Shown here: positions 24,791-37,600 of the stretch, piece by piece | How the letters are laid out: every line of letters begins with the position of its first letter | Numbering within the stretch: the stretch's first letter is position 1 | Source: Octopus bimaculoides | Lineage: Eukaryota | Direction: 5' to 3' | Length of the DNA: 64,000 nucleotides | NCBI RefSeq assembly: GCF_001194135.2 | Contig: NC_068981.1 | Span: 197,163,886 to 197,227,885, forward strand | Program-made: the position numbers and the translations under genes | Notes under the pieces: generated by a model | What the model saw: only the letters and a program-made list of their open reading frames with translations | Told to the model about the DNA's origin: nothing | The model's database searches: none

Positions 24791-25742
24791 TATTAAATAT
24801 GATTATACACATTAAATATTTTCATGATGTTGGTAAAATTTCTAAAAGATGTTCAAACCACTCTCCCTTCAAACGACCCAAAAGGGGGGGGGGGCCAAAA
24901 CAAACTTGTCTCTTAACCCTTTTGTTACCAGACTTATGTTGAGGTGTTCTATGTTTTTTTAATTTTTATTTTTAAATATAGTAAAGAATTTAGTAAAATA
25001 ACTTAGTTATCATTAAGCTAGTGTTAGGAACATAAATTGTAACTAAGGTTTGGTGGAAGATTTGAATTCAGAACTTTTAAAAACAAGACATTTGTAGTAC
25101 AGAGCCAGAGCTGGTTTCAGCCAGGTTGGTATCAAAAGGGTTGAGTCAATTATTTGTTAACCCTNNNNNNNNNNNNNNNNNNNNNNNNNNNNNNNNNNNN
25201 NNNNNNNNNNNNNNNNNNNNNNNNNNNNNNNNNNNNNNNNNNNNNNNNNNNNNNNNNNNNNNNNNNNNNNNNNNNNNNNNNNNNNNNNNNNNNNNNNNNN
25301 NNNNNNNNNNNNNNNNNNNNNNNNNNNNNNNNNNNNNNNNNNNNNNNNNNNNNNNNNNNNNNNNNNNNNNNNNNNNNNNNNNNNNNNNNNNNNNNNNNNN
25401 NNNNNNNNNNNNNNNNNNNNNNNNNNNNNNNNNNNNNNNNNNNNNNNNNNNNNNNNNNNNNNNNNNNNNNNNNNNNNNNNNNNNNNNNNNNNNNNNNNNN
25501 NNNNNNNNNNNNNNNNNNNNNNNNNNNNNNNNNNNNNNNNNNNNNNNNNNNNNNNNNNNNNNNNNNNNNNNNNNNNNNNNNNNNNNNNNNNNNNNNNNNN
25601 NNNNNNNNNNNNNNNNNNNNNNNNNNNNNNNNNNNNNNNNNNNNNNNNNNNNNNNNNNNNNNNNNNNNNNNNNNCTGTAGAACTATTCACTGTATTTATC
25701 CTGGTTGTGAATGAGATTTGTGTGAGATCGTCTTCAGTAAAA

Positions 25743-26159
25743 CCCTTTTGCATTCAGATTATTCTGTTAAATGGCAGTCTCTGGAAATTTCACCAGAAAC
25801 ATTTTCGCTGTGGGAAGATTTGTCATTGGCAAACAAGCAGGCTATAAACTAGATGATGCATTTTAAAGAAATTATCTTTAATTGGAAGGTCACTTGATGA
25901 AGTTGTCATTTTAAGAGACCACTTTTTTCTTTTTGCAATTTTTTTTTTTTTTTTTTCCAGCAAAATTTCCCCACAGCTGCAATAATTCTTTATTCACATC
26001 ATTTCAAATCAATCATACATTAATTCATAGCTTTAAGATTTCGATGATGTGATTTTTTTGTTTAAAATTTTTAGAATAACATTGTAGGATGGGTGTGAGA
26101 GGCCGGACCCAGTCAGTTTGACTGTAAAATGGAATAGTTAGGCCTGATATGCTAAAAGG
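25743..26159. mobile_element. TTAA-type MITE, older and interrupted
   Basis: CCCTTTTGCATTCAG start and GCTAAAAGG|TTAA end. Confidence 0.5.
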
Positions 26160-27093
26160 TTAACGCTGTCCATCTTCTCTGCTGACATGAGTCAGACATT
26201 TTGACAGGATCCAACAAACCCCAGGGCTGTGATGTTTGTTTTTGGAAGGTTTTTTTTAACCTGCAAGACAAGCAAAAGAAGACACGGTGGGGGTGGGGAG
26301 TGGGGGTTATGCCAATTATTGAAAGAACAACAGGGGAACAGGTATCCTGCTGTAGAAGAGATAAAGATGGGGGTCGAGAGGGGAATATGTGTGGTAGAGG
26401 TGAAAGGAAAAGGAGTGGCTCAGGGAATAAAAAAAAACGATAGTGTGTGTGGGGGGTATACTGGTTGGAATAAGTCATGTCTTTACCTCTGCAAATTCTG
26501 TGTGACCCATGGGGAGAATGGAAAAGTGTAATGTGTGTGTCCCCAAATTGGGAAATGTGTCTTAATATTTTTTGCAATAAACTATTAAAACTACAAAACA
26601 TTCAACAGTCTTTCCCCCCCCCCTCCCCCTTTCTTTCCTGTGGTTACACAATTGTTCATGTTACACATATTAAACACACACTATAATTTTACAAGAAAAG
26701 AGGTCTCAATACCTTCAAAGTTGCAGCCTGCTGGCCTTTGTCGGACAGTCTGATGAAGACCACCACATTGAAACATTAGAATCTTGTAAAAGTTTCTCAC
26801 ATTTACGTACTCTGCTAACAAAGTACTTGTCCCTCTCTTTAATGCTAAATTGTTATAACTCCGTATAAAAACAAACATACATTTTTTTTATATATATCAT
26901 CATCATCATCATCATTGTTTAACGTCCGTCTTCAATGCTAGTATGGGTTGGATGCTAGCATGGAAGGCGGACATTAAACAATGATGATATACATAAAAAT
27001 GTATGTTTGTTTTCATACGGAGTTATTAAAACAATTTATATATATGTATATAGCTATTGTTTATTTATTAAACAAAACGATAAAAGCAGTGAA

Positions 27094-27352
27094 TGGTCAA
27101 CACAAGATACTTGATTGGGGGTGGAGTGTTTTGTGAAGCCTCTGAATAATTGACCTTTGGTCAGAAATCTAACGACCAGATGATTTTCTAAATTTTTTTA
27201 GTCATTTTTTTGTTTTAGGTGTTAGATACATGCCTTTTGATAAAAAGGATTGTTGAAAGTATTTTTCTTTTTTTATATATATATATATTTTGGTTTGGGA
27301 GGAGAGATCATGCTAGCTCAACTCCACCCCCTAATCAAGTATCTTGTGTTGT
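27094..27352. repeat. About 35-bp inverted repeat pair (MITE-like)
   Basis: TGGTCAACACAAGATACTTGATTGGGGGTGGAGT versus ACTCCACCCCCTAATCAAGTATCTTGTGTTGTCCA. Confidence 0.6.
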
Positions 27353-28600
27353 CCATTTACCCCCACACTTGGACACACCCAAACTCCATAGACAGAATCA
27401 CAAAGTCCCAAATCTTCAGATCTGTTTGACAACGAATGCGAGAAAAATCTCCAAAAAATGGTAACAAGGATATTTTTCTTTTAAATTTCCACACCCAAAT
27501 TAACACAACTAACTAGATCTATGAACTAAAATTTATATTCATCATCATCATAGTTTTCCATGCTGGCATGGGTTGGACGGTTCGACTAGGGTCTGAGAAG
27601 CCAGGCTCCAGTCTGATCTGGCAGAGTTTCTACAGCTGGATGCCCTTCCTAACACCAACCACTCTGAGAGTGTAGTGGGTGCTTTTTACATGCCATCGTG
27701 CGGGTGACACGTAAAAGCACCCACTACACTCTCTGAGTGGTTGGCGTTAGGAAGGGCATCCAGCTGTAGAAACTCTGCCAAATTAGACTGGAGCCTGGTT
27801 TTTGCCATCCGGTTTCACCAGTCCTCAGTCAAATCGTCCAACCCATGCTAGCATGGAAAGCGGACGTTAAACGATGATGATCAGCACAGGGGCCGGAGGA
27901 GGCTGGCAACAACTACAATCGGTTGGAGTGTTTTACATGCCACTGGCACAGGAGCCAGCCAAGGCAGTGGTGGCATCAGCCACGTTTGGATGCTGCTTTT
28001 TGCATACCACCGGCACGGGGATCACCATTACAATTTCCATTTGATTTTGATGTTGTACTTGATTCAATAGGTCTCCTCAAGCATAGCATGTCGCCCTATG
28101 ATCCAAGATACTTTAGAGTGGGCTGGGGCTGGTTATGCGACACTGGTGTAGCTTACAGCTGTGAACTCACTTTCCTTGCCGGGTCTTCTCAGTCACAGCA
28201 GATCTCCAGAGGGTCTCGGTCTTTCGTCGTTGCCTCTGTGAAGTCCAACGTTCGAAGGTCATACTTGACCACTTCATCCCATGTGTTATTAAAAGATAAT
28301 AAATTAAACTGATTAATTCTCTACCACTGAAGTCATTCTTTTCTTTTTTTTTTTTTATTGTCAAATATATAAATACATGAACGGAAAAATGGAGACCACC
28401 TCCCCTTTGTGGGATGAAGTTAAAAAAATAGACAAAGAATACCACTAGAAAATACAAAAACTAAAAGAAGCAACACATATGCTAGGACATAACAACCTCC
28501 TAAGCAGACCGAGTGCAGATATGAGCAGAATATGGGAAACGGTATTAAGGAAAATATTAGATTTATAAGCCCTAAAATTCACTCCATAATTGTGCACAGG

Positions 28601-28800
28601 GGTTAAGAGCGTGGGCTACTAACCCCAAGTTTCCGAGTTCGATTCCAGGCAGTGACATGAATAATAACAACAACATCGAAAAGTAACCCAGGTTCGAAAT
28701 TTCTCCAAGACACCTGATGAAGGCTGGAGAGTATATCAGCCGAAACGTTGTGTTAGCAACAAACAAGATGAGGACAAATATTCGTCAAATGTAACAAAAT
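28601..28800 (+). mobile_element. tRNA-headed SINE containing a minimal type I hammerhead ribozyme (copy 1)
   Basis: tRNA-like head GGTTAAGAGCGTGGG-CTACTAA-CCCC with B box GTTCGATTC (28637-28645), then a hammerhead at 28709-28754, then an AT-rich tail shared with copies at 36540 and 46823. Confidence 0.8.
28709..28754 (+). ncRNA. Minimal hammerhead ribozyme, Penelope (PLE) type
   Basis: Stem I GACAC/GTGTT; core CTGATGA(A) 28714-28721; stem II GGCTG/CAGCC; GAAA 28742-28745; palindromic ACGT in place of stem III; predicted cleavage GUU after 28749. Confidence 0.75.
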
Positions 28801-28994
28801 GTTATAACTTCATTCAATGACTGAAATAAGGGAGAGAACTCACGGATTGTAGTACGGTTGAATTCCAATTTATAAGAGGTATTACTGGGATATATTTAAT
28901 ATATCTATTTAGGGAAACATTAGCCCTTAGGTAATATATGAATCCCAGTGTGTAGAGTTGAAACATGAAAGGGGCTGATGCAGTGATCTCTAAG

Positions 28995-29257
28995 TGGCGG
29001 TTATGATGACGAGGGTTCCAGTTAATGTAAGTGGCTGAGCACTCCACAGACACGTGTACCCTTAGCATAGTTCTCGTGTGACAAGGCTGGCCCTTTGAAA
29101 TACAGGTACAACAGAAACAGGAAGAAAGAGTACAGCAGGGTTGGTCACCACCCCATCCCTCTTTCAGGTGTTTTTACTCAATAAATACTCAACGCCCAGT
29201 CTGGGAGCTGAAACCGCAAGTCCACTGCCCTAACCACTGGGCCATAGCACCTCCACA
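28995..29257 (-). mobile_element. tRNA-derived SINE family D (decayed)
   Basis: Minus-strand head gtggaggtgctatggcccagtggttagggcagtggac..gcggtttcagctcccagac; related heads at 46290-46500 (+) and 56145-56275 (+). Confidence 0.6.
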
Positions 29258-31163
29258 TATGACTAAGTAATAAAGGAAAGACGGAAAGCATGTCTTTGGT
29301 TGCCCAGCATTTTATTTTGCATACATTCATAATGATTGTTGTAAGTAGCACTTCTGACTCTCCGCCCATGACCTCTCAGATGACAACTATTCAGTCTCAT
29401 TGCAGATGTGCCTGGTTCAGAGCAAAGTCGACAGACATAGAGTTGTAACTTACTGCCTGCTTCCTCGTCGTTAGGTCTGCTCACATCATTACTCTTCCAT
29501 CGCCATAGCACTTTCAGGAGATGGAATGAGAAAAGAAGTCACCGTAAAGAGACATTTGTACAACATTGGATTACAAGGATAGACTCTTGTACAACACGAG
29601 TGCCACTCGTGATTAAATGTTTGTGATTAGTACCTAGTGATAGGCCAAAGCAAAATGATCATGTGAAAGCACAGGTTTTTACATCAGTGCCCACGTGATC
29701 GCTACCAACGTCGCCTTCCCGGCACGTGAAGACATTTGAGCGAGTTCATTGCCAGTACTGCTGGACTGGCTCCTATGCAGGTGGCACGCAAAATACACCA
29801 TTTTGAGCGTGGTCGTTGCCAGTACCGCCTGACTGGCCTTCGTGCCGGTGGCACGTAAAAAGCACCCACTACACTCTTGGAGTGGTTGGTGTTAGGAAGG
29901 GCATCCAGCTGTAGAAACTCTGCCAAATCAGATTGGAGCCTGGTGCAGCCATCTGGTTCGCCAGTCCTCAGTCAAATCGTCCAACCCATGCTAGCATGGA
30001 AAGCAGACATTAAACGATGATGATGATGTCCCTCTCCCAGTAGGATGCCATGACAAGTTAGGAGTCCATCACTCCTGGTTGTTTTACTGCATTCTGACAC
30101 CAACCAAGGGTATTTTTTTACATCCCTGTGCTCAGACAGATTGTCATCACATGCTGGGACCCTGACAAGTGCTACAGCTCTGGGTCAGTGTAGACCTAGA
30201 ACAATAGTGGCTAAGAGGTGGTTCCACATTCTTCAAAATCCTGAGATTCCTGAACCAAAGCCCCACTACCAGATGCAGTTGAAAGTCATAGATGGACATA
30301 TATACAAAAAATATAATGAGTGGATGTGTTTGGGGTGGTTGTTATGGAAACAAGATATTTATAAAATAGCCTACTTACAGTCAAAAATTCAGAAATTTTG
30401 TAGAACAAATAACTTGTTTGGAATAAGCTTTGTGGAACCTAAATGGTGTTCGGTTATTCCAGGTGAAATGAGAATATTTACTGCTATAAAACGGAATATA
30501 GATTTCATCTGGGAACCAAATGAAATCCTATTCATACCTTCAAGGATTCCATGGTTTTCAAATCTTATGTGCAGAGATCAATTTGAAATTATTGAACATA
30601 CGACGGCAGTGGCTAACTCTAAAAAATCAGATGTGGTTGATGTGCCAAGTTGTAAACCAATATAAATTTAGGTCTCGTAAATACACATCACAGAGAACTT
30701 GGGTGAAGATGAAAGTAAATGTTAAGACTTTCACCTGCAATCAGCGTTATGAGGTGGACATAAAAACTAGTAAGGTCCTGTGACTGATTAGCAGAAAGAA
30801 ACGGTACAGAGAATAGAAATTATTATAGTAGCAACAGAGGAGATGGAGGGAATAAACTGAGACAGTAGTAATTCAATAATTTAATTAATTAAAATTTTGA
30901 TACAAGGCTAGAAATTTCTGGGGGAGGGGGGTAAGCTGATTGCATCGACCCCCAATGCATAACTGGTACTTATTTTATTAAACCCTGCCACAAAGGATGA
31001 AAGGTAAAGGTGACCTCGACAGCATTTGGACTATACATTTTGCACAATGTGCTTAAGGATTCTGCGAGGTGGCCACCCCTTAATAATTAAAATAGTAAAA
31101 TGAGTCTAAATCTAGGTTCGTTAGCCTATCTGTCTAAATACAGTTACATGGTAGCAACAATAC

Positions 31164-31169
31164 TTTAAT
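31164..31169 (-). promoter_or_regulatory. Candidate CENP-K polyadenylation signal ATTAAA
   Basis: About 350 nt downstream of the stop codon on the minus strand; AT-rich context makes it weak. Confidence 0.25.
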
Positions 31170-31230
31170 TATTTTCTAAATAAAAACGTACATCGTAAAA
31201 CTAATGAAAATTTCACAATGTAAATAAAAT

Positions 31231-31350
31231 AAGTGACTCTCAATACAATCACATGTGACAGGAATAAGTCAAATGACTCCCTGTACAATCACATTTAACG
31301 GGAATAAGTCAGGTGACTCCCTGTACAATCACTGCTAACTGGAGCAAGTC
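31231..31350. repeat. 40-bp minisatellite, 3 degenerate units, in the putative CENP-K 3' UTR
   Basis: TGACTC..TACAATCAC....GGA..AAGTC recurs at a 40-nt period (GGAATAAGTC 31261 and 31301; GGAGCAAGTC 31341). Confidence 0.8.
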
Positions 31351-31517
31351 CACTGCTCTGCATAGTGACATTTAAGGTGAAAAAAGAATTTCATTATCTA
31401 AAATTACAAGAATTTCTTTCTACAAAATATTAGAGAAAGAGCTGAAGTGCCGTAAGTGAATGACTTTATGGTTGAGCCAGTCATTACGAGTGTCCACTTA
31501 GCTCTCTTGACTTTCGT

Positions 31518-31679
31518 TTATGGAAGAATGTGTGGTATCAGGCGAACTTTTAATTCATACTTTGGGTGACATTCTATAATGCGACATTCCTTCAAAAGTT
31601 CCAGGTAATCAAGTGAGAAACGAGAGTTGACTGTTATATAAGTGTCATGGGGATGATTCAAGTTGCGGTCAATGAGAGT
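31518..31679 (-). CDS. CENPK: CENP-K terminal coding exon 10
   Basis: tctttgcag|ACT...CCA TAA; [53 protein letters not shown]. Confidence 0.9.
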   Translation of the reverse strand, partial: TLIDRNLNHPHDTYITVNSRFSLDYLELLKECRIIECHPKYELKVRLIPHILP

Positions 31680-34600
31680 CTGCAAAGATCAAGAAAAAAA
31701 TCTCAGTCATTTCTACAGAATGAACCAACTAAAAAGGGAACAATTTTATTAATTATTTTGGTGAAAGAGAGAGAGAGAGAAAGAGAGAAACAGACAGAGT
31801 GACAGGCAGGTAGACACTGATTCTATGAAATATTGAAATATTTCTGGAAAGTTTTCCATTTTGAGCCATTCCTTTCTGGTTCTCATTTGTAGCCAGACTG
31901 CAGTATGTATATTAAATGGGTGAAATGTAGAGTAACATGTACATCAAGGTGAGTGAAATATAGGGTGTGTGTGTGTGTATAAATAAATAAAACAAAGTGG
32001 ACATGAAATGATAATGATTGCACAAAGTTATTTGTCATATGGCATGTTACACTCTATTATAGATACATACTAGTGTGTGTGTGTGTAATGAATAGTAGTG
32101 CCCAGGTGTCGAAACCATAGTGATATCCGTTTGGCAGCTGATGATGGGGATGCACATATATTATGCTCGATTTTGAATTTCTTATCTCTTCTGAGTTATT
32201 TTTCATTTTTCTAAAATGCAAAGTTTGTAGATTCATTGTTTGTGGGGATTACTTACTTTGGTATTATTTGGCTTTCGTAAAAGTTCAAATAGAATTTATG
32301 GGGCTGGTGTTGTGTCATGAGAAAGAAAATATGACGGAGATGATAATTAGCAACGTGAAATAGAAAATCTTCATCAATAAATAAATGATCATTGTCCACC
32401 TACACCAATTGTCCCCACCTTTCAAAAGTCTCTAGTAGTGATCATCAAAAGTCCCTACTACTGTCCCTCTACACCAAACGGTACCAATATTTTCACTAAT
32501 GTGAGCAGTGAGCTGGCAGAATCGTTAGCACGCCGGGCGAAATGCTTAGCAGTATTTCATCTATCTTTATGTTCTGTGTTCAAATTCCGCTGAGGTTGAC
32601 TTTGCCTTTCATCCTTTCGGGGTTGATTAATTAAGTACCAGTTACACACAGGGGTGGATGTAATTGACTTAATCCCTTTGTCTGTACTTGTTTGTCTCCT
32701 CTATGTTTAGCCCCCTATGGGCAATAAAGAAAAAAATACTGCACTGTTCTTGGTGGACTTCCCAGTCATAAACGACAGAAGGGGGTTCTGAATAACTTGC
32801 ACAGATATTCTTTATTCTTTTACTTATTTGACTGCGGCCATGCTGGAGCACCACCTGTAGTCGAGTAAATCGACCCCAGGACTTATTCTTTGTAAACATA
32901 GTGCTAATTCTATTGGAATCTTTTGTGGAACTGCTAAGTTATGGGGACGTATGCACACCAGCATCGGTTGTCAAGTGATGTTGGAGACAAACATATATAT
33001 ATATATATATATATACGTATACATATAATGATGGGCTTCTTTCAGTTTCCGTTTACCAAATCCACTCACTAGGCTTTGGTTAGCCCAAGGCTATAGTAGA
33101 AAACACTTGCCCAAGGCGCAACACAATGGGACTGAACCTGGAACCATCTGGTTGGTAAGCAAACTACTTACCACACAGCCACACTTGTGCCTATGTTTTT
33201 AGTGATCGAATATTTATGTTGTACTTTGATTCACTAACCCCCCACCGCCTCCCACCCCCCGGGACATTAGTTTGACATTGCCTGTAGAGGTGCACAGTGA
33301 GTCACAAGTGAAATGTCCAAGTGGTCATAGAGCAATGTAAAACGAAGTGTTTTCACTCAAGAGCACAACACACTGCCTGATCCTGGGATTGAAATCTCAC
33401 TGTTGTGATTGTGAGTGCAACACCCTAACCACTAGGTCACGCACCCACATTGACATCCACTTGCAATGTCCAGTACTGACTACCTACAGATTCCTGTAGG
33501 TTGTCCAACTGCAGAATGACCAAGACTTGTCTTACCATAATTATCTTCATTAGAGAGTATGGCTCTTTGTCCTTCGTTGTGGAAAACTGCAAAAGACATA
33601 AAGAAATATATCATGTTTCGTGTTGAGACAAAAGATGGCAGGTTTAATAGTGGCACCAATTCTAAAGACTTGAAGAAAGCTAAGCCAATGTGAAAGCAGT
33701 TTTGTGGTCATTAACCCTTTGAGCCTGTAACACCAGTTTACCAGTGGATGGCTTATTTTTCTCTATACCGTAGCACCGTTCTACCGGTGGAGGGCATCAG
33801 GAAGCCAGGTATGTGGTCAATTAAGGGTCAGGAGATCAGGGTTCAAAGGGTTAAGCAACTAGAAATAGTAACCAAATATCCCTCAGATCACATTCTAGAA
33901 TCTTAACCCTTTTGTGCTGTGTTTCCTCCAGGTGTAGTGAGAATAGCCTAAATGTAATCTCTACCAGATTCTCATTAAAGCAGTAATGAACTATATAAAC
34001 AAAGAAAAAGAAGATAAAATACATTAAAAATAGACAAGAGATCATGTTGCTGCAGCTTTGTGGTCAAGTGTATCTCTGACTCATTGTTAATTGTATGCCT
34101 CCACCATTGTTGTTTACATTTGTTTTTGATTGGAAGTAAAAAACAGAAAAAAATTTTTTTTTTTTTTTTTTGCAATGAAACAAGCATGTAATGAACCCAG
34201 CACTTTTGTCTGGTAAACAAACAAGGCCTAGACCAGTGGTTTCCAACCCTTTTGTTTAAATGAGGTTTCCCCATGGACCCCTTTCGATATGCTTATCCTT
34301 ATGTATGCATATATATACAGGGTGTGTAAGATACACGAGAACAGATTTATGTTTATAAAACAACAGATAATAACATTATTAATCAAAAAATGCTATGAGG
34401 ATAAAAATAAACCTTCTTTTCTGTAATGTTATTCATTAAAGCTACCTTCGGTTTCAACAGTTGCTTCTATACGAGATCTAAGTCATCTCCAAGCTCGAAT
34501 CAAGTGGTCCTGGTTCATTTTGGACATTACTCTGACTATGGCAGATTTCAAAGAATCTATGGTGTTATGGGTGAGTTCATTGACCTCTCTCTCAACAACG

Positions 34601-37600
34601 CTCCACATGTAATAGTCCAATGGATTGAGATCTGGCGAATTAGGAGGCCAAATGTTAGGGGTTATGTGATCATGACAATTTCCAGCCATCCATTCCTGTG
34701 TTACTAGAGCCATGTGTGATAGTGCAGAGTCTTACTGAAACACATATGGCCTTTCATTGCTTACACTGTCTATCTGGGGCTTAACAATTATTTCCAGGAC
34801 CTCAATGTAAGCGGCAGAGTTAACTCTAAGGCCTTGTGGAAAGAAGTAAGGAGGCATCACATGTTCTCTATTACTGAAAACCCCTAAAACCATGACAGTT
34901 GCAGGAAATTTTGTATGCATAACACTTGGAACTTCAGAAGGGTCTGCACATAACCATCTGTCATTTCTTCTGTTAACTTTTTATCTTGGTTGAAGTTTTT
35001 CTCGTTTGTGAAAAACCAAATCAAATCTTCTTCCGCTGGATTTTTCAGTTTGTTTAAGAGCCTTTTGGATCTAATGTAGTGGTTTTCTTCTGCTTTTTCT
35101 GATAAATTGACCTTTGCTCATCATATAAGACTTATATCTGATGTCTTTGTGGACAACATTTCTGACTGTTCTTTCTGACACATAGAGATCTTTTGCAACT
35201 GACCTCATGGACTTTCTGCAATTGTAATTAATGGTCTGTTGAATTTGTTGGATAAATTCAGGTGTTCTGATGATTTCAGAGCATTTAGAATGCTTTTTCC
35301 GCTTTGATACTGGTGATAGGTTTCCATCTTCAGTCTCTGGCTCCTTACAAACTTTGTAGATGAAAGATCTGGCAACTTTTAAAAAATCGAGATATTTCTA
35401 AATCGTTAGGTTCAGCCTTTATAACCACAATAACAGCATAATTCTTCATTTCTTGAGTAAGCTGAGGGTCTGCCATTATTATTTTCTGAAACAAAGATTA
35501 TACAGAGTTAGGACCAGTGAGGTCTGCTTTGGCATGTTTTTTATGTTTCTACTCTCAACAATTTGTTTGTTTGCTTTGTGGGAAATAAGTGATCCCTTAC
35601 TTGAGAGAGGGAGGTATGGGTTAGTGACAGGAAGAACATCCAGTCATTCCAACCAATATTAACACACTCTGCACTAATTATAACCGTCAGGTTAACAAGT
35701 ATTAATTAGCTAAACTGGAATTCTAAACTGTGCAAAGTGAAAAGTAAGTCAGACAAGAAACTTACCAATGTCGATTGATGCACTTTAGGGAAATATTTGG
35801 AAACAAAGTTAACCTGGAAAACAGAAATAAAGAAAAACCATAGAAAAAAAAAAGAGGAACAGATTCTGCTGTTTGCCTGGCAACATTCATCCAGTAAATG
35901 TCGAGTCTAAATATTTGCAGATGGATATCAATAGGAATACCATGATCAAAGAGGTAACCTTTTAAGGGAATCTCACTAGAAATTACCTTCATCATCATTT
36001 AACGTCTGTTTTTTGTGCTGGCATGGGTTGGATGGTTTGACAGGAGCTGGTCAAGTGGAAGGGCAGCATCAGGCATCAATGGTCTGCTTTGGCATGGTTT
36101 CTATGGTTGGGTGCCCTTCTGAACGCTAACCACTTTACAGAGCCTGCACTGGGTGCATTTTACGTGGCACTGGCACAGGAGCTTTACATGTGACACCAAA
36201 ACAGGGGTTTTTAACATGGCACCAGCACGTAAGATCCCACAAGACAAGGACTTCTCAGCTGAGATCCGACAAATAAAATGTTACTGCTTTTTGTTATTAA
36301 ATGTTTTAATATTTCAATGAAAGAGAGAAGGGCAGGCTCTCTGCCCCTTTATAGGGCCTGAATGTTTACAATAGAATAGACCCCACTAAAGGCACCAAAG
36401 AACCAGGTGTTGGTGTTAAACCAAGGAGCAGACTAAATCTTCCAGCCATGTAGTACATGGTGGAGTTTGATCTCAGAATGCAAAGAACTGCTACAAATGC
36501 TACAAGGAATATCCCAACCCCACCCTAACAATCTACTACAGGCTACTAACCCCAAGATTCCAAGTTCGATTCCAGGCAGTGATCTGAATAACAACAACAT
36601 CGAAAAATACCTTAGGAATGAGAACCGAGTTTCGAAATTTCCCCAAGACACCTGATGAAGGCTGGAGGGTATATCAGCCGAAACATTGTATTAACAACAA
36701 ACAAGATAAGGACAAATATCCATCAAATGTAAATAATGTACAATCTACATCTCTTCCTCACATTTCCTCCCTCATACACTATGCCTAGCTCTCACTCCTC
36801 AATCTTGTCCTCACAGCCCTGTACTTCTGTATCATTGCTATCCAGTACCCCGCCTCCATCTCTACATATATTCAAATTTATGCCACTCACTCCCCACCTC
36901 CACACTCTTTAATCACACTTCCTTCGCAATATCCTGCCACCATCTCTATCTCTCTCTTCCTTTACTCAACCATCCCATTTATATTCTGATCCCCATCCCA
37001 TGTGAGTATGCCCAGCACTTTGCCACCATCTCCCTCTCTCCTTCTCCTACACTATTTCCTTTGCGGCAGCACACCTGTTTCAGTCTTCATTCCTGATCCC
37101 TCTCTCTCTCTCTCTCTCTCTCTCTAGCCAGGTAACCTTGTATTTCTTCTACAGCAAGACACCTGTTTCTGTCTCTCTGTCTCACTACACCCTTTCATCA
37201 TTCGACACAAGATCACCTCTTCCAATGTCCCCTCCCTTCTTGAAAGGTTTTTTTTTGTCTTGCAAATTACTTGGTGACCCTGTCAGCGCACAGGTGTCAC
37301 TTAAAAAAACACCCAGTCCACATTGTAAAGGGGTTGGTGTTCAGAAGGGAATCCAGCCATAAAAACCTTGCAAAACTGACCTCGCCTGTGCTTGTGCCAC
37401 GTAAAAAGCACTAAGTCCACTATGCTGAGTGGTTGGTGTTGGGAAGGACATCCAGCTGTAAAAATCACAGAAGTCTGATGCAGGCTTCTGCCTGGCCGGC
37501 ACTTCTCAAACAATCCCACCCATGCCAGCATGGATGTGGACGTTAAACAATGATGATGATGATTATTCTCATCCGAAATGGAGACAAGCACCAACAGGTT

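Noticed and set aside
31556-31561. GTATGA donor-like site inside the last CENP-K exon
   Set aside because: Reading through gives [10 protein letters not shown], matching the expected CENP-K end; no suitable downstream exon was found
32257-32303. Apparent extra CENP-K exon [15 protein letters not shown] with good splice signals
   Set aside because: 47 nt (phase 0/2) would frameshift the conserved terminal exon; exons 9 and 10 already join in frame and align contiguously; it lies in repeat-like sequence
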